From contig RDEW01000014.1 in NCBI GenBank assembly GCA_011109175.1, forward strand, positions 310,001 to 374,000: a stretch of DNA of 64,000 bases, given 5' to 3'. This DNA is from Dicyema japonicum. Its lineage: Eukaryota; Animalia; Dicyemida. The translations under genes were made by a program, and so were the position numbers. Under the pieces are notes generated by a model. The model saw nothing but the letters and a program-made list of their open reading frames with translations, did no database searches and was not told the DNA's origin. Below, piece by piece: positions 13,000 through 25,602 of the stretch; position 1 is the first letter of the stretch, and every line of letters begins with the position of its first letter.

Positions 13000-15040
13000 G
13001 CGTTAGTTAAACTTCATATATGGGATAGTTGCAGTAATTGCGTACTTCTATTGCGCGAATGTCTTAATCTCTTCAGGGTGGATCAGACATTTCTTTCTCC
13101 TACTCGTGTAAATGACTCTTGAGAAATTATACGAGGTTTCGAAATGATGAAGCATCAGATTTTCGAATCTTGTCTGGCTTTACGTTTGAAGGTACATAAC
13201 CAAGTCTACCTTGATGAGGAACAAGTAACTGTTAGTAAAATCATTAATTCCATCACGCTCTTAATAATATTGAAATTAGACGAAATTTTTGGATGATGAA
13301 GTATTATATTTGATTAAAAATCGATGTTACTCTCGAATCCACCAATTTTACCAAAATCCTAATTACTATTTAAAAATATAGAGGTGGACGTATGTTTGTT
13401 GCAGGTTTGAGTCATCTCTGGATGTAGTATGGCACACTCAATCTCGGAGGATATCGGAACTATGACTCAAAAAGTTTTTAATTGCTACTTCTAACATTCG
13501 ACGCAGGAAGATTATCCCTGTTAGGATCCTCAAGACTTGTCGCCACAATTTTGCATCTGCTCTTGCTTCCTGTATCGAAAACGCTATTCTCAATGATTCA
13601 ATGAGAGATTGGTAAGTCAGGACATCTCATGGATCTATTATCTTAATCTGTTGGCCAGACCGCTATACTTCTATCCCGGAGAATTATGGATCTTGTGAAC
13701 GCGTTACTTTCTGGGACTATTTCTGATTTTGGCCTCAAACTCATTTTTTCTGAGAATTTAACTGCGTTGGGGAAGAAAGAATTTGTCATATTGCCATTTC
13801 CAACGTTTTACGCCACCTTTTTTGGAAAGATTGTTTTTCGATCGGTCACTGAATATTTCGGCTAACTTTTGTCCATTACAGCTAGGCTTGGGAGTGAGGT
13901 GTCCATGTGGTTAGGGAGTTCGCCAGGCTATCATCATCTGAAGCTGAGGATAAAGTCCTTTTCAAATTGGATCTGCGCAACACTTTCAACTTGTCAGAAG
14001 AGATATCATCATCGACGTTTGCTTACATCCTTTTGTCCACCTATCATATTCGAGTCCTTCCCCCACGTTTTTGGAAATGAAATCTTTTTTCTGAGACGGG
14101 AGTACAGCAGGATGACACACTTGGTCCTCTTCTTTTTTTAATTGGCGATCAATCATATTGTGCAAGATATTTCTACTCCCCTCAATTTATGTTACCTGGA
14201 CGATTGCATCCTTGGAAGAAGCCCTGAAGAAGTCCTTTCAAAAGTAAGCTCGATTTCCGAGAATTTTCGCAAGAGGTTAACACAAAGAAATGTAAGTAGA
14301 TAACATGAACATGAGTGCGGAATCATTAGCCTTCTTTAGAAAACGAATGGAAGATATTGTCCCAGATGTTCGGATGACGGACCTATGCTCTCTTGATATC
14401 CTTGGATGTGGAATAGAGAAAAGTCGAATAAGGGACTCTTTAAACGACAAAAAGATGCTTGATCTTTCTGGACAGGCATGTTGGACTTTTATGTATAAAA
14501 ACTGTCTCCTGTTCCCCAAAATGCTTCGATTGATCGATCCTTATGGTTACCATCCACTGTCGTGCAGGTTGTCTCAACATGACGTAGAATAACGCACTTT
14601 CCTCTGATGACCACCACTGGATATTGAAGCCCACTGTCTCACCCGAGAGGATGGCAAACGCCCCAATGGGATTACAACATTACCTTTTTGCTAATGATCG
14701 GAACCTGGTTTGAGACGCTAAGTGTTGATACATACTCTCCGAAAAATTTGGCCGCTTCAGTCTCGGACCCAGCTCATGCTTCTAAACAAGCCGAGGATCA
14801 GAAGAGAAGGAAGTACTAAAGTATTTCGGAAGATCACTTGTTTGTCCCATTTGCTGTTGGGATGCCAGAAATCCTTGGCCCACAAGCGAACGACCTTGTC
14901 TGTGGTTTGGCTCAATGATCCAAAGGGTCACCAAGGATTCCTGTGAGACTGAACTGCTTCGATAGCGTATCTCGATAGCTATTGTCAGAGGAAACAACAT
15001 ATCCATTCAAGTTCCCTAAATTAAGTACTCTTAACATTTT
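13000..15040 (+). mobile_element. Decayed CRE-clade non-LTR retrotransposon (RT plus restriction-like endonuclease)
   Basis: GVQQDDTLGPLLF and YLDD RT motifs, then YGYHPLSC and EPHCLTREDGKRPNGITTLPFANDRNLV, the CRE-type RLE signature. Confidence 0.75.
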
Positions 15041-15099
15041 TTCATTGAACCCGACAAATTAGGAGGGAAACACGGCCGACAGGCGATCCTGGCCTCCTT

Positions 15100-15800
15100 A
15101 AACATTAATCTCAAATTTGTTCAATGTTCATACCGAGATCCGATCCACTTCATGTATGCTCGTGTTACATGTGTAAGCTTAGCTAGAGCCTCACAAGAGC
15201 ATCGAATTGAGTTGGTCTTAACAGCGAAGTGGAGAAGTTATGACTGTGAGTCAAAAGTCATTGATCTCTTTTAGATTTGTTTTAGATAGGTTTGTACCCC
15301 ATGCAGCACAGTCATGGCTGATTTGCTGGTTGTATGTATCGCTCTCAAACCTCAAGAAAGTAATTTTCTTGGGGAAGGGTCAAAAACCTTTTTTATGTCA
15401 ATAAAGCATATTAGGATTTTTTGATGCCTAGGTTTGACTGAGGAGATAAGTTTTAATCTGTTCAAGGATATTCTCTTCTAGGATTTTTGTGGAAGCACAG
15501 AAATATCGGCCTGAAAGAGGCGGTGAGTCCTTTGGCAATCGGGTTTAGTTTAATAGTTTTCATATAGGCAGGATTGTGTTCACGTTGAATCAAAAGTTGT
15601 AAATTTGGATTAGGACCGAGGCCCATGTTTTTGAGTACTTTGATCGGGATCCCTTCCGGTCCGCTGAAATAAGTTGACTATTGTTTCTAGAAAGCATTTC
15701 CCACATTTTCTACTAAGAGAACAATGATGGCGGCGTCTCTTTTGGGTTTCATGGATGAAAGAGTGGGGCCCAGAGACTTCTTATGTAGAATAAAACTCAC
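15100..15800 (-). mobile_element. Decayed LINE RT fragment
   Basis: Minus-strand SFRPISV and FIDIKKVFD-like motifs, interrupted by stops. Confidence 0.5.
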
Positions 15801-16419
15801 AGATGAGTAGTATATTGTTTCCGGTGTATCGCAAGAGGACGTTCTCTCGGTTTGTTCACATGCTTTAGATAAATATTCAAAACTGATTCAAAATTACATG
15901 TAGCAATGAAAAATATGTAATGTGGCTTCCTTGATTGATAACAGAGGAAAGTGGAAATGATTGGTAGTCATAATAATTTGACACATAATTATAGTTTATG
16001 TGATTCTATTCTGACAATCTAAATCGATGAATTTCCCTCTTAAAAGAAAAGTTATCGACCCGCCACTTCTCAGCTTCCCCATATCATCAAACTGAATCGT
16101 CAGGTCCAACATCAATATCTTTGGTTCGTAGCATCTGACAACTAAAGTGAACCACTTGCATTTGTTGTAGTGATTGGCATAACCAATTACTAGTCTAAGT
16201 GATACAATGGGTTAGTTATAAGACGCTATTCAAAAACATGATTTGTTCCAAAAGTTCATGTATCCCGGAGCCAATCGTTAATAATATTTATTGATTTTTA
16301 AAATGTCTATCAACCGCACATTCCAGTCAACGGCAATGACAAATACATATATTGTAACATAAATAACACTAAAAACATAAACAAAATATTAAATAAGAAA
16401 AATCATGGAGAAGTAAATC

Positions 16420-18038
16420 CTAAAAGTATGTGGATGGCTCAACAACAGTGCCACCTTTGATGATCTTTCCCCATCCAATCAACCTACAATCTAAGCAAAC
16501 AGGTACCTCCAATGTGAGTCAATTCGCCTACTAAGGGCTATTCTTTGCCCAACAGCAGTGCTCACTGGACTTGTCAGCCTAATATCACTAGTCTTTTCCG
16601 TGACAGTCATCACCTTCCCGCCTGTAGAAAGGGACCCGATATTCAAAAACAACAACTCCCCGGTTTGAAGATGAGCAACCTAACTATAAACAAAAATGAT
16701 AAACTCTAGCAGCCTTTTTGTTCCCTTCTGTCCTAACACCCACCAGTCTTCTCAAAAGAAAAAACGAGATCCGAAATGTGGATAGGGGGTAAGGTTCCAA
16801 CAGCACCAAGAAGATTGCCAACCAAATTGTCTCCAATGCAAAGCGAAGGATCAATCTCCAATCCCACACCCACATTAACAAAGTCACAAACCAATCAGAC
16901 CACCAGGAATAGCCATTTCCAGTGAATTCTGCTCAGCATAGAGGGAGACAATCTTCGAAAATATGGGAATCACCATCTTCTGCCCTTTGTCGTTCGTGAC
17001 TACCCGTCCGGGACTAATTTCAACCGTTTGTCCGATCTAGTTTTGTTAATAACTAAGAAAACTCTCAAAATCCCTTCAGTAAGACTTCCCCCAACAACTC
17101 CACCTTTAAGATCCTCTATGGAGCAACCAGGCTTGTTAATATCGAAGGATCGGATGACTAAAACTCAAACTTCCTAATAACTGATCATTTGAGGGGAAGA
17201 TGTCAAGTTTCTGGTTGGAACTGTTATGTTCTCCACAATGTGTTGCAAAACCATGTCAATATTGTACTTCAGTTGCGCGGAAATGGGAATCACAGGAGAA
17301 CTTTCAGCACGTGTTCCTGAAATTTCAACAAATTTAAACCCTGAACGAATCCTTTGATTTCTTTGTGCATTTCTTTAGCCCGTTCTTGACGAACAAGGTC
17401 GATTTTGTTCTGCACTATCAGAATTTCGTTCAGTTTCATTATTTCTATTGCTGCCACGTGCTCAATTGTCTGGGGTTGAGGACATGTCTCATTCGCAGCT
17501 AAAAAATAATCCGTAAAAGAACCGCAGAGAAGAAAGGCTGCATCCATAACTGCAGCTCCGTTAAGCATCGTTGCCATTAGAATGTCGTGACCGGGACAGT
17601 CGACAAAGGAGACATGCCTGGCTAGTAGAAAGGTCCCGTCGCAGCCCTCTCGGTCACATGGAAACGACAGAGGACCATCACTCCCGGTAGATCGATAGCA
17701 TTCAGGCCTTGGATGGATTGGGGAGTTACATTTATAGATCTTAGGAAGAGTGATCGAGATACCTTTGAATTAGCGTAGCCAAGTTTAATGGTGATGTCTC
17801 TGACACATTCTGAACGAAAGCGAATTGTCTGGACGCCAGAAATTGCCTTCACTAGAGTTGTTTTTCCGTGAGCCACGTGGCCAATTGTTCCTTTGATAAC
17901 TAAAAAAAGTAAACCAATATTAATTGTTGCCTGCGACTGTATTATTTCTGGCGAAATTGCAGTTATCTTATTAGTATCCTATACATTTTGTTAGGTTTAA
18001 TTAATTCTTACAACATCAACATCACCAGATGAAACCAT
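16420..18038 (-). CDS. EIF2S3: Translation initiation factor eIF2 gamma subunit (micro-intron gene; one frameshift and one non-canonical acceptor as assembled)
   Basis: [58 protein letters not shown] and WRLIGWGKI recovered after removing about 10 introns of 22-33 nt. ATG at 18038, TAG at 16420-16422. Confidence 0.93.
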
Positions 18039-18329
18039 CGTGCAAAATTTAAACTTCAATAAATCTTTAATTTAAAATTATATTTAAATTATGATTTCAT
18101 AATTTTATCAATAAATTTATTTTCAGAAGGAATTTATTCGATTTTAAAAATTTTAATTTCTATTGATTTCGCTAAATATAATACTTGGGGATCACAGATA
18201 TTCCATAGGGCGAGGGTCGGGTCGTCAAATTATAGCCGTCGAGCCTTATGAGAAAATTTATTATTTCAAAAAGGAAACCTCATTATGTTTATCTTTTTTA
18301 TGATAATGATTTTTAATTTGCCGCAAATA

Positions 18330-18700
18330 TTGCATCATTTCACCAGGACAATAGACAGACTGAAAAATGGTGGTTCCCCTGGACCAGACAAATTCAATCC
18401 TCAATTTTATAATTATGGACCCCCGTTCTAATTGATAAAATTAAAACACACCCGTATGCTTTTTGCCAGAAAGGAATCCCTATCCCTCTGATCTGGACTG
18501 CTGATGCCTATCAGAAACCTAACAAGACAGTTGGCTCAGTGGAAAACCTACTCCGATAATCTTGCTTAATATTCTACGAAAAATCTTGCCGTCAGTTACA
18601 TTGAATCGTATCAGGAATCAAGTGGACTACTATCTTGTACCAAGTCATAGTGGATTCAGGATTGGGAGATCAAATCAGATATAGTTTAGATCCACAAATG
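18330..18700 (+). mobile_element. RTE-like RT N-terminal fragment
   Basis: LKNGGSPGPDK and LLNILRKIL..RIRNQVDYYL..SGFRIGRS-like motifs, degenerate. Confidence 0.5.
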
Positions 18701-18774
18701 ATGTTGCGCTGTAAACCAAAGAAAATGAAATATGGAGAACATCTGGACGACTTGAAAAAGGTTGTAAACGACCT

Positions 18775-19175
18775 TGGCATCATATTTGGAAATACCTCTG
18801 GTGACATCAGATCTGACAGTAGTGGGTTCGAATCCTAAAGATGGACTTTTCAGAGAGAGTCAATTCTCGTCGAACAGATCCCATATGTGAGGCGACGACT
18901 CCTTCTGACACCACACAATTGTTGAATGGGATCTTCCTATCCTCTTGCTTACCAACTCTACTAGTGAGATTACAATTATGAAAAACTTCCGCGATGGTAG
19001 GGCATGTGATGAAAATAGAAGAGGTCAGACCTACTTCTCCACCTGTCTTCGGAAGCGGAATTTTTTAGTGGACTATTGGATGATGGGTTTGGTCTGACAA
19101 AGTAGACGTTCTCCCTTGGGTTCCTTCCTTGGATTAATTAGTTGTGATTGTTTGTGCTTGGCTTACCAAAAAAAT
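18775..19175 (+). mobile_element. tRNA-headed SINE-like element, family 1, copy B
   Basis: Perfect B-box GGTTCGAATCC at 18825-18835 preceded by a TCTG-7nt-CAGA hairpin; body collinear with 868-1296 (-). Confidence 0.6.
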
Positions 19176-19829
19176 AAGATTACTTCCCAAATTCAACCTC
19201 TTTGAATCTATCCAATTTCGAAAAGCGCATTTTTCTATTTTTTAAATTCTGCAGTAACTTATCTATTTGAATCACTAAACTTCCGCTCTCATTGCTTTTT
19301 CGTCTCTCCTGGAACTTTGATGTTTTTTTCAGAAAACTCACTCGGCAAAAAACGGATGGTATATGTAAGATTCAATCCAAGCTCACAACGACAGTTCCTT
19401 CAGGCCAAGATGAAGTCTTTAATGACTTGTCGTCAGTCTCAAAACTGCATTTCGTTGTCTGATTAGCAAAATCTATCAGACCATTTAGACAAAAATTCTC
19501 CCATCCTTTTAAGTGGTGATAGAGATCGTTTCGTACGGAAATAAATTGAGGACCGTGTTCACCAATGGCTTGGATGAATTGAAAGAAAATAAAAGAGAAC
19601 TCAAAGCAGCGTCGAAGGCAGGGAAAAACCTAATTCACCAAAGCCAACAGAAAGTGCTGCTTGAAGCCAACCAAACACGCCAAAGTGAACGTTTATAAAA
19701 GGAACATGTCTATCCAAAATACCTCAACCCGTTGCAAAATAACTTATAAGACTTATTTTTTGTTACCCACAACTCCTTCAATCGACATTTTTTTAAATAA
19801 AACCTAATAAATAAAAAGAATTTAAGGCC

Positions 19830-20300
19830 GTCTCACAGGAATGCGCCCTCGTCGTGTTCAATCAACTCCTAAAACCGACGATTGAGTACGCTTGTGCCTC
19901 ATGGGCCTATGGAGCTTCGATATCAAATTCACTCAAGATCAATACCCTAATTGGCAAACTAGCACGTCAAACGAATCTACCCCTGATCTTTTCCCTCCAA
20001 TGCTTGACCACGCCGCAATCAAAATAATGGCTCCGGCTTCATCTGTCTGTGTGCCAAGAAACAAGTCGTTTCTTCCATTCAAAGCTAAAGGCCTCAAATA
20101 CACGAAATTTGGGGAAAAACCCACTCCTCTTCAAACTCTAATGAAAGATGATCGTCGTCTATTCAGGAAAGCCGTGGGTACTCTGGAGGAACACAGGAAA
20201 AACCTCTCGATCCTGTTGAGGCGTACCGGGATTACTTAATTAGTTTGGTTTACTCCTTTCTTGGTGTTCCCTTTCGGGGTTATTAAATAAATAAATAAAT
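19830..20300 (+). mobile_element. LINE ORF2 C-terminus and 3' UTR with (TAAA)n tail
   Basis: LKPTIEYACASW post-RT motif; frame ends LLRRTGIT*; closely similar to 25838-26165. Confidence 0.7.
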
Positions 20301-20349
20301 ATAACAGTTAATATTGCGTTTTTTACCAAATTATAATCAATATGAACGA

Positions 20350-21420
20350 AATGTACTGATTTAGGAGACAATGCTGCACATTTTTTCTGAAAAACTTGAA
20401 AAACGAGGCCAGAATTCATAGGCGTGCTTCAATCAAACTCCTATATGGGGTTCGCATCTTTTTGAATCAAACATTCGTCTGATATTAGAGAGAAAGGAGT
20501 CCGTCATCTCTCCCATGACCCGTAAATCACCATCGCAATAGGAACGAAGTGGTACTTTCCCTGATTGATTCGTACTTTAGATTTTCCTGACTCCGTCTTT
20601 CTGCCGCATCTCCAGGTGAATATGTCACCGTCAGAGATCTAGCCCAGAAAAGATTTCCACACATGTGGCATCCCAAACAAGTGATTTACCATGGGAGTGA
20701 ATGGTTCTGAGCCCAAATTCGATTGAGTACTTCGCATTAACTTATAAGCCTATGTGGGAAGCTTTAGAAAGGACCTCAGTTGGAATTCCCACCAAAAATA
20801 TAGTCGTCCAGATGCCGAGTATTAATGGGAGTAGATACATCTTGTATAATAGGATCAATCGCCAAAAAGAGAACCTAAAGGATCTCCCTACTGAACCCCA
20901 GTTTCATAGAAATAACTTCATCGAAAAAAACAAATGGCGAAGGCTTTGAGTACGAAAGACAAAAGACTGACTCCTTTATAGAAATTAGATGACAACTCAA
21001 CAAACTCTCTAACTGTATAGATCTCGATTTCACAACAAGTCTGACTAACACCCAGGCGTGAAGGACACAAATTGGCCAAAATGTTTCTAATTACAAGTAG
21101 ACAGCAATCTTCCTCGAAAACCAACGAAAAACGGGAGAATTCCACCGTGTTTTTTTCCAGATCAGTTAGTTTTGCAGAGTAAATATGATTACGGAGAACT
21201 CAGAAACATTCTCCGAACAACAGACTTTAACTCTAACCAAGGGCCAGTACAGGGAAAGAAAAGAGCGTCCATTCCCTTTTTGAACCGTTGAAAATAGCTT
21301 TTTCAATAAAGCAAGCAAGGGCGTAATCGTAATGCGGAGGATAATCTTCCTAAGCCTTTATGAATTTTAACAGGGAAAATATTCCTACGTTGAGTGTTTG
21401 AAACTACAATTAGAAAGTCC
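20350..21420 (+). mobile_element. Probable decayed RTE-like APE endonuclease region
   Basis: Weak SPN.IEYF (QIDY-like) motif; interrupted by the MULE starting at 21423. Confidence 0.3.
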
Positions 21421-21422
21421 TC

Positions 21423-22499
21423 GGTGTCCAGACATTTTGCCGACAGGAAATTCTGGTTATAAAATTCAGAGATAAAATTCAAGATAAAAAAATTTACTTA
21501 AAGGTTATGAGAAAGCGCAGTCAAAAATTCTACTGGAGTGTATTCATTCTATTTTTCAATAATACTGTTTATCCTTTTGTTCACATTTTGGTTCTTCTTT
21601 ACTTGTCTTATTGTTATTCCGGCCATCACTTGTTCTACTGTGAGCTCCCACTCAGACTGTTTTTTTCGTATTTTTGAACAAACGAAAACGGTTAAATGTT
21701 TTATAGACACTCTTTGTGAAAAAGATCTGTGCCATCCTTCAAGTGAATTCGTAGTTCTTGGGAGGCATTCTGCCTGTTGTTGTACATTCCACATTTCCAA
21801 ACTAAACAATGGTCTTCTTCTCCTTCCACATTGCAAGGCTCCGATCTATGTTGTCTCAAAATAGGTCAGAGAATCTCCCAACACGCCATCAGTCTCGTAC
21901 CATCACATAACCAATGTTCTTTCATAGAGATAAGATCAAGGTTTTTTGCTGTTGTTAATATAAGCAATCCATCACTATCGTGTAGCACAAAATCATCTCC
22001 TCTGAGAGTACTTTTAAGTTCATTAGTTAGAACATTACCGTCTTGTATTTGATCTGTACGCTGTCGTCGAACAGTACGTGCAAGGGTTTCTTTTTTGGGT
22101 AGCGCACAAGCAGCATCAATGAGGTATGTGCTTAAACAATTTTGGATAACTGTGGATGTAGTTTCTTGAAAATCTCTCGTTCTCTTCTTTATCATATTGA
22201 CGGTTTTCAGCGCATGTAAACGTCCTGAATTTGGTGGATGTTCGTGTGGTGTCATAGTTCCATTAAGTTCTTCGTTAACAGTTCTTACTCTGCCTTTGCA
22301 TTTTCCTTTCAGCTCACATCTCCAATATATGACATTGTCTCTGTCTATCCATAATGTACGCATAGCCATCATGCGGAAGTTTTCTCTTTCCACGAGTGGT
22401 TTGTGAAAATTGCATTTTTTACCGTTATTAAGATACATATTGCATTTATGCTTAATTGAATTGTCGGCTAATGGACTGTCGGCCTAATGTCCTAGTACC
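21423..22499 (-). mobile_element. Internally deleted Mutator-like (MULE) transposon with FLYWCH-type domain
   Basis: YWRCELKGKCKGR..HEH motif, WLCDGT first catalytic Asp, then an abrupt jump to LPRTTNSLEGWH. Imperfect TIRs: GGTGTCCAGACATTTTGCCGACAG and (reverse complement) GGTACTAGGACATTAGGCCGACAG. Confidence 0.8.
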
Positions 22500-22574
22500 A
22501 AGTTTTCCGGAGTCATGGTTTTGATATAATCTGAGATCAGATGGTATATAACATTCTTTAGATGATTCCAACAG

Positions 22575-22690
22575 GCAACAAAGGCCTTGGATTTTTTTCA
22601 CAATCAGACGTTCTCCCTTAGATTCCTTCCTCAGATTCCTTAGTTGTGACTGTTTGTGCTAAGCTTAGTAAAACCTAGAGTTAATAAAAA
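22575..22690 (+). mobile_element. 3' fragment of SINE family 1
   Basis: AGACGTTCTCCCTT..TTCCTTCCT..TTAGTTGTGACTGTTTGTGCT matches the 3' ends of copies A and B. Confidence 0.55.
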
Positions 22691-22754
22691 AATATTGACT
22701 ATAACCCTATACGTGCAATTCCGGACTGATAATTCCCCTGGTTCTTTCAAGTTT

Positions 22755-22885
22755 GTACTGAACGAAATTCGAACCAGGGTCATTCATGTATCAACATTTT
22801 CTTTGTTCATAACTTCGGTTTCCAATCTCTCATGAAGCTAGGTAGACATTCCGTGCAATAAAGGTGCGTAACCACCTCAACTGTT
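22755..22885 (-). repeat. Dispersed repeat family 3 (possible tRNA-derived), copy 1
   Basis: Minus strand begins CAGTTGAGGTGGTTACGCACC and carries GGTTCGAATTTCG (22765-22775); collinear with 40200-40385. Confidence 0.5.
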
Positions 22886-22999
22886 TTCGATTGTGTCTGC
22901 AGAGAAATTCTATCGAGGTTCCTTTATTAATGGTCGATTGGAATTCCTTGAGTGAGCCATCCTTTTTCTGAATGGGTTTCTTAGCTCCTTTAAAAAACG

Positions 23000-23720
23000 T
23001 GTAAAACCCTGACCATTTCTCAACGTCGCCCCTTCAGAAGGGAGACTGGTGATATCGGCTTACATCTCCAGGCGGAACAAGCATATTCAATTGTCGGGCC
23101 AATAACTCGAAGATAGAACTTGCTGATAAAAGTTGCAGATGGGACGGGACTCTTCTTTATGATAACCTTTAGAATGATCCACCTTCGATGCTCATTGGTT
23201 AAAACTTCCTTGGTGTGACTTGAAAATGTCAAGAGAGAATCGATGGTTACTCCAAAAATCTTCTGGATTCGCGAGAAGGAATAGGGAATAGCTCCAGTCC
23301 ACCCTTAAATCTCCTGTCCGTAGTGAACAGGGTGAACTGAAACTTGGATGCAGATACAGACAACATATTTGCGGATAGCCAATCACTTACCTGGTTGAGG
23401 TGTGACTGAACCACCACCACATAAACGGAAGGAGATCTACCCTTTCGGCGATAATTAGGTCGTCCGTGTAAAATAGAATCATAGTGTCTTGATCTTTGTT
23501 AGTAGGTAGGTCGTATAGAAATAATTTATGCAGGAACAGAGATAGAGGGAACCTTGTGGGACTCCATTTGGGAGAAGCCGTAATTAATGAAGTAGTATAT
23601 CGATCCAGACTCTTTCACGTCGACCAGCTAGGAAATTTTCAATCCATAGCGTGATGTTCGGATTTAAATTCGAATTAAGGATCTTCTTTGTTAGTTGCCT
23701 CGAAACAGGGCGGATCCCAG
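23000..23720 (-). mobile_element. Jockey-like RT fragment
   Basis: GVPQGSPLSLFL, YTDD, KIFGVTIDS and IGPTIEYACSAW motifs. Confidence 0.7.
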
Positions 23721-25129
23721 ATAAGTCATTTTAGAATGAAATTGAAATGTAAAATTCAATTTATAAAAAAAATATCCATTTCTTTTTACAGAAAGTCTAA
23801 GGATCCGTTTCCCCTTTATGGTGCCTCATCGCAACTGATCATTATGGAATGATTGTCTTGAATGAACCTATAGTCTTCACTAGAACCCCATTAAATCCAC
23901 ATTCACCAATTTAACCTTATGTTCCTCTTCTTTTGCAAAACATGCTTCATCGAATGCTAATTATGGTTTTCCAGCGACCACATCTTCTAAATTAATAGGA
24001 TTTCGACGGGACCTACGTAACAGATTGAAGTCAAGAGATTCAAGAACTACAAAAAGGTAGAATGGTCCGGTTTCAGTAACTTTGTTGATAAAAAATTGGT
24101 TAGAAGATTCTCATCATAAATTCATTCAATGAATGAGGCCACGAAAATTATCAGTGCGGTCATTAAAAAGGCTAGCAATCTGTTTACTTCTCTCCCATAA
24201 CACGAATTTTACATCTATTCTCAACTCACGCACATTCACTCTCATAAAACTAAGAAACCTCTCGAAACGATCCAGATCGATGGGCTCGACTCTTCAAAAA
24301 TACCAGACGACTTAATGGAAACATGAGAACCGAGATATCGACTCCTGGTCAGTCGCCTCAACAGGAAAAGTTCATTCAGAAAATTCTAGAAAACACTAAA
24401 ACATATTAAATTGAAGTTGAAGGATGTAAACATGACCGAAAAGGTTTCTCCAGTTCTTCAACCTGGATTCCAACTCGGTTTTGATCTGGAAGATTGATCA
24501 CATGATGGTTACCAACACTGTCACAATTTAAGTCCAAAAGTTTCCATCTCCAATAAGATTGCTCTACAGGAATGAGAAAAGGCACCTTCTACTGTATTGG
24601 AGACAATAGATGGACAGATACGTTGGATGACGCACCTGATTACGGAAACTGAGATCACCTGAAAGTGTAACTCATAAATGCAAAAGCTTGCCCAAACTAT
24701 TTACAGTTATATAGTCTTTAAATCCCCAGGACTTGAATCAAATTCTTCTCTAGCTTTCGTCTCGTGTAGAAAACAGATCAAATCCGGTATTTCGTCAGGC
24801 AAAGTATTGCAAGTGTAAACGGGTAGAATATACAGACAGAGTACGATAAATACATAGACATTATTAGAGAGATGTCAATCAATCAATCAACAATATTTTA
24901 TTTCTTTATTTACCCTCGGTCCCTTCGAGTGGAAGAAACCGGTTCCTAACAAGAACGTCACAGCCAAAACAACAATATTTAATATTATTTTGGAGCTGGT
25001 TCATTGAGAGCATTTTCTTGCAAATCGAAAGGGGAAACGAGTTTTCAATTATGAGAGCAGCCAGCAGTTGCTAACTGTTAGTTTTTGTGTTATAATAATT
25101 TTTTTCTTATTTTGGATAATAATAATGCA

Positions 25130-25602
25130 CATTCGCAACAATAATATAGTTGATCAATTGGTGTCGCTTGTGCCGCACCCGGATAATTTTTGCCGTCAGA
25201 CGCCTCCACGCTCCTCTTGAGATTGCGATTTTCGGAGGTCGTTTAAGTCATCATGGTTTTCCAGTCGCATTTTGCATTTTTAGGTCGTTATTTAAGGTAA
25301 GAGGAAATGTTGTCGTGATCTGCCCCGAAATGAACCATTGCTTAAGAAGTATAGTTCCATGACATCATTTGCGGGAGGAGCAGGATCCATCCTCAATATA
25401 TGCCCAAATAGTGGTTTCCAAGTTTTCAGATTTACAGATAGTGTATAGGTCTAGTTGCTGATCACTTTTGGATAGCGTATGTCCAATAGGAATTTCAGTT
25501 GTTTTCTGTAAAAAACATTCAGACTTTTAGTACAAGTTTGATTCAAACCCTTTGTTCCTGAGTTGTACAGCAAATTAGGCAGAATAAATGCATTGTATAG
25601 AC
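25130..25602 (-). mobile_element. RTE-clade LINE C-terminal fragment
   Basis: LYNAFILPNLLYNSGT..LNVFYRKQLK..YP..ISN and QDR-like AWRRL end motif. Confidence 0.6.

Noticed and set aside
18185-18250. GC-rich imperfect hairpin upstream of eIF2-gamma with faint U1-like words
   Set aside because: No ACTTACCTG 5' end, poor pairing and a single occurrence.
23385-23394. ACTTACCTGG, identical to the U1 snRNA 5' end
   Set aside because: It lies inside a minus-strand RT remnant where it encodes LNQVSDW; no U1 stem-loops or Sm site follow.
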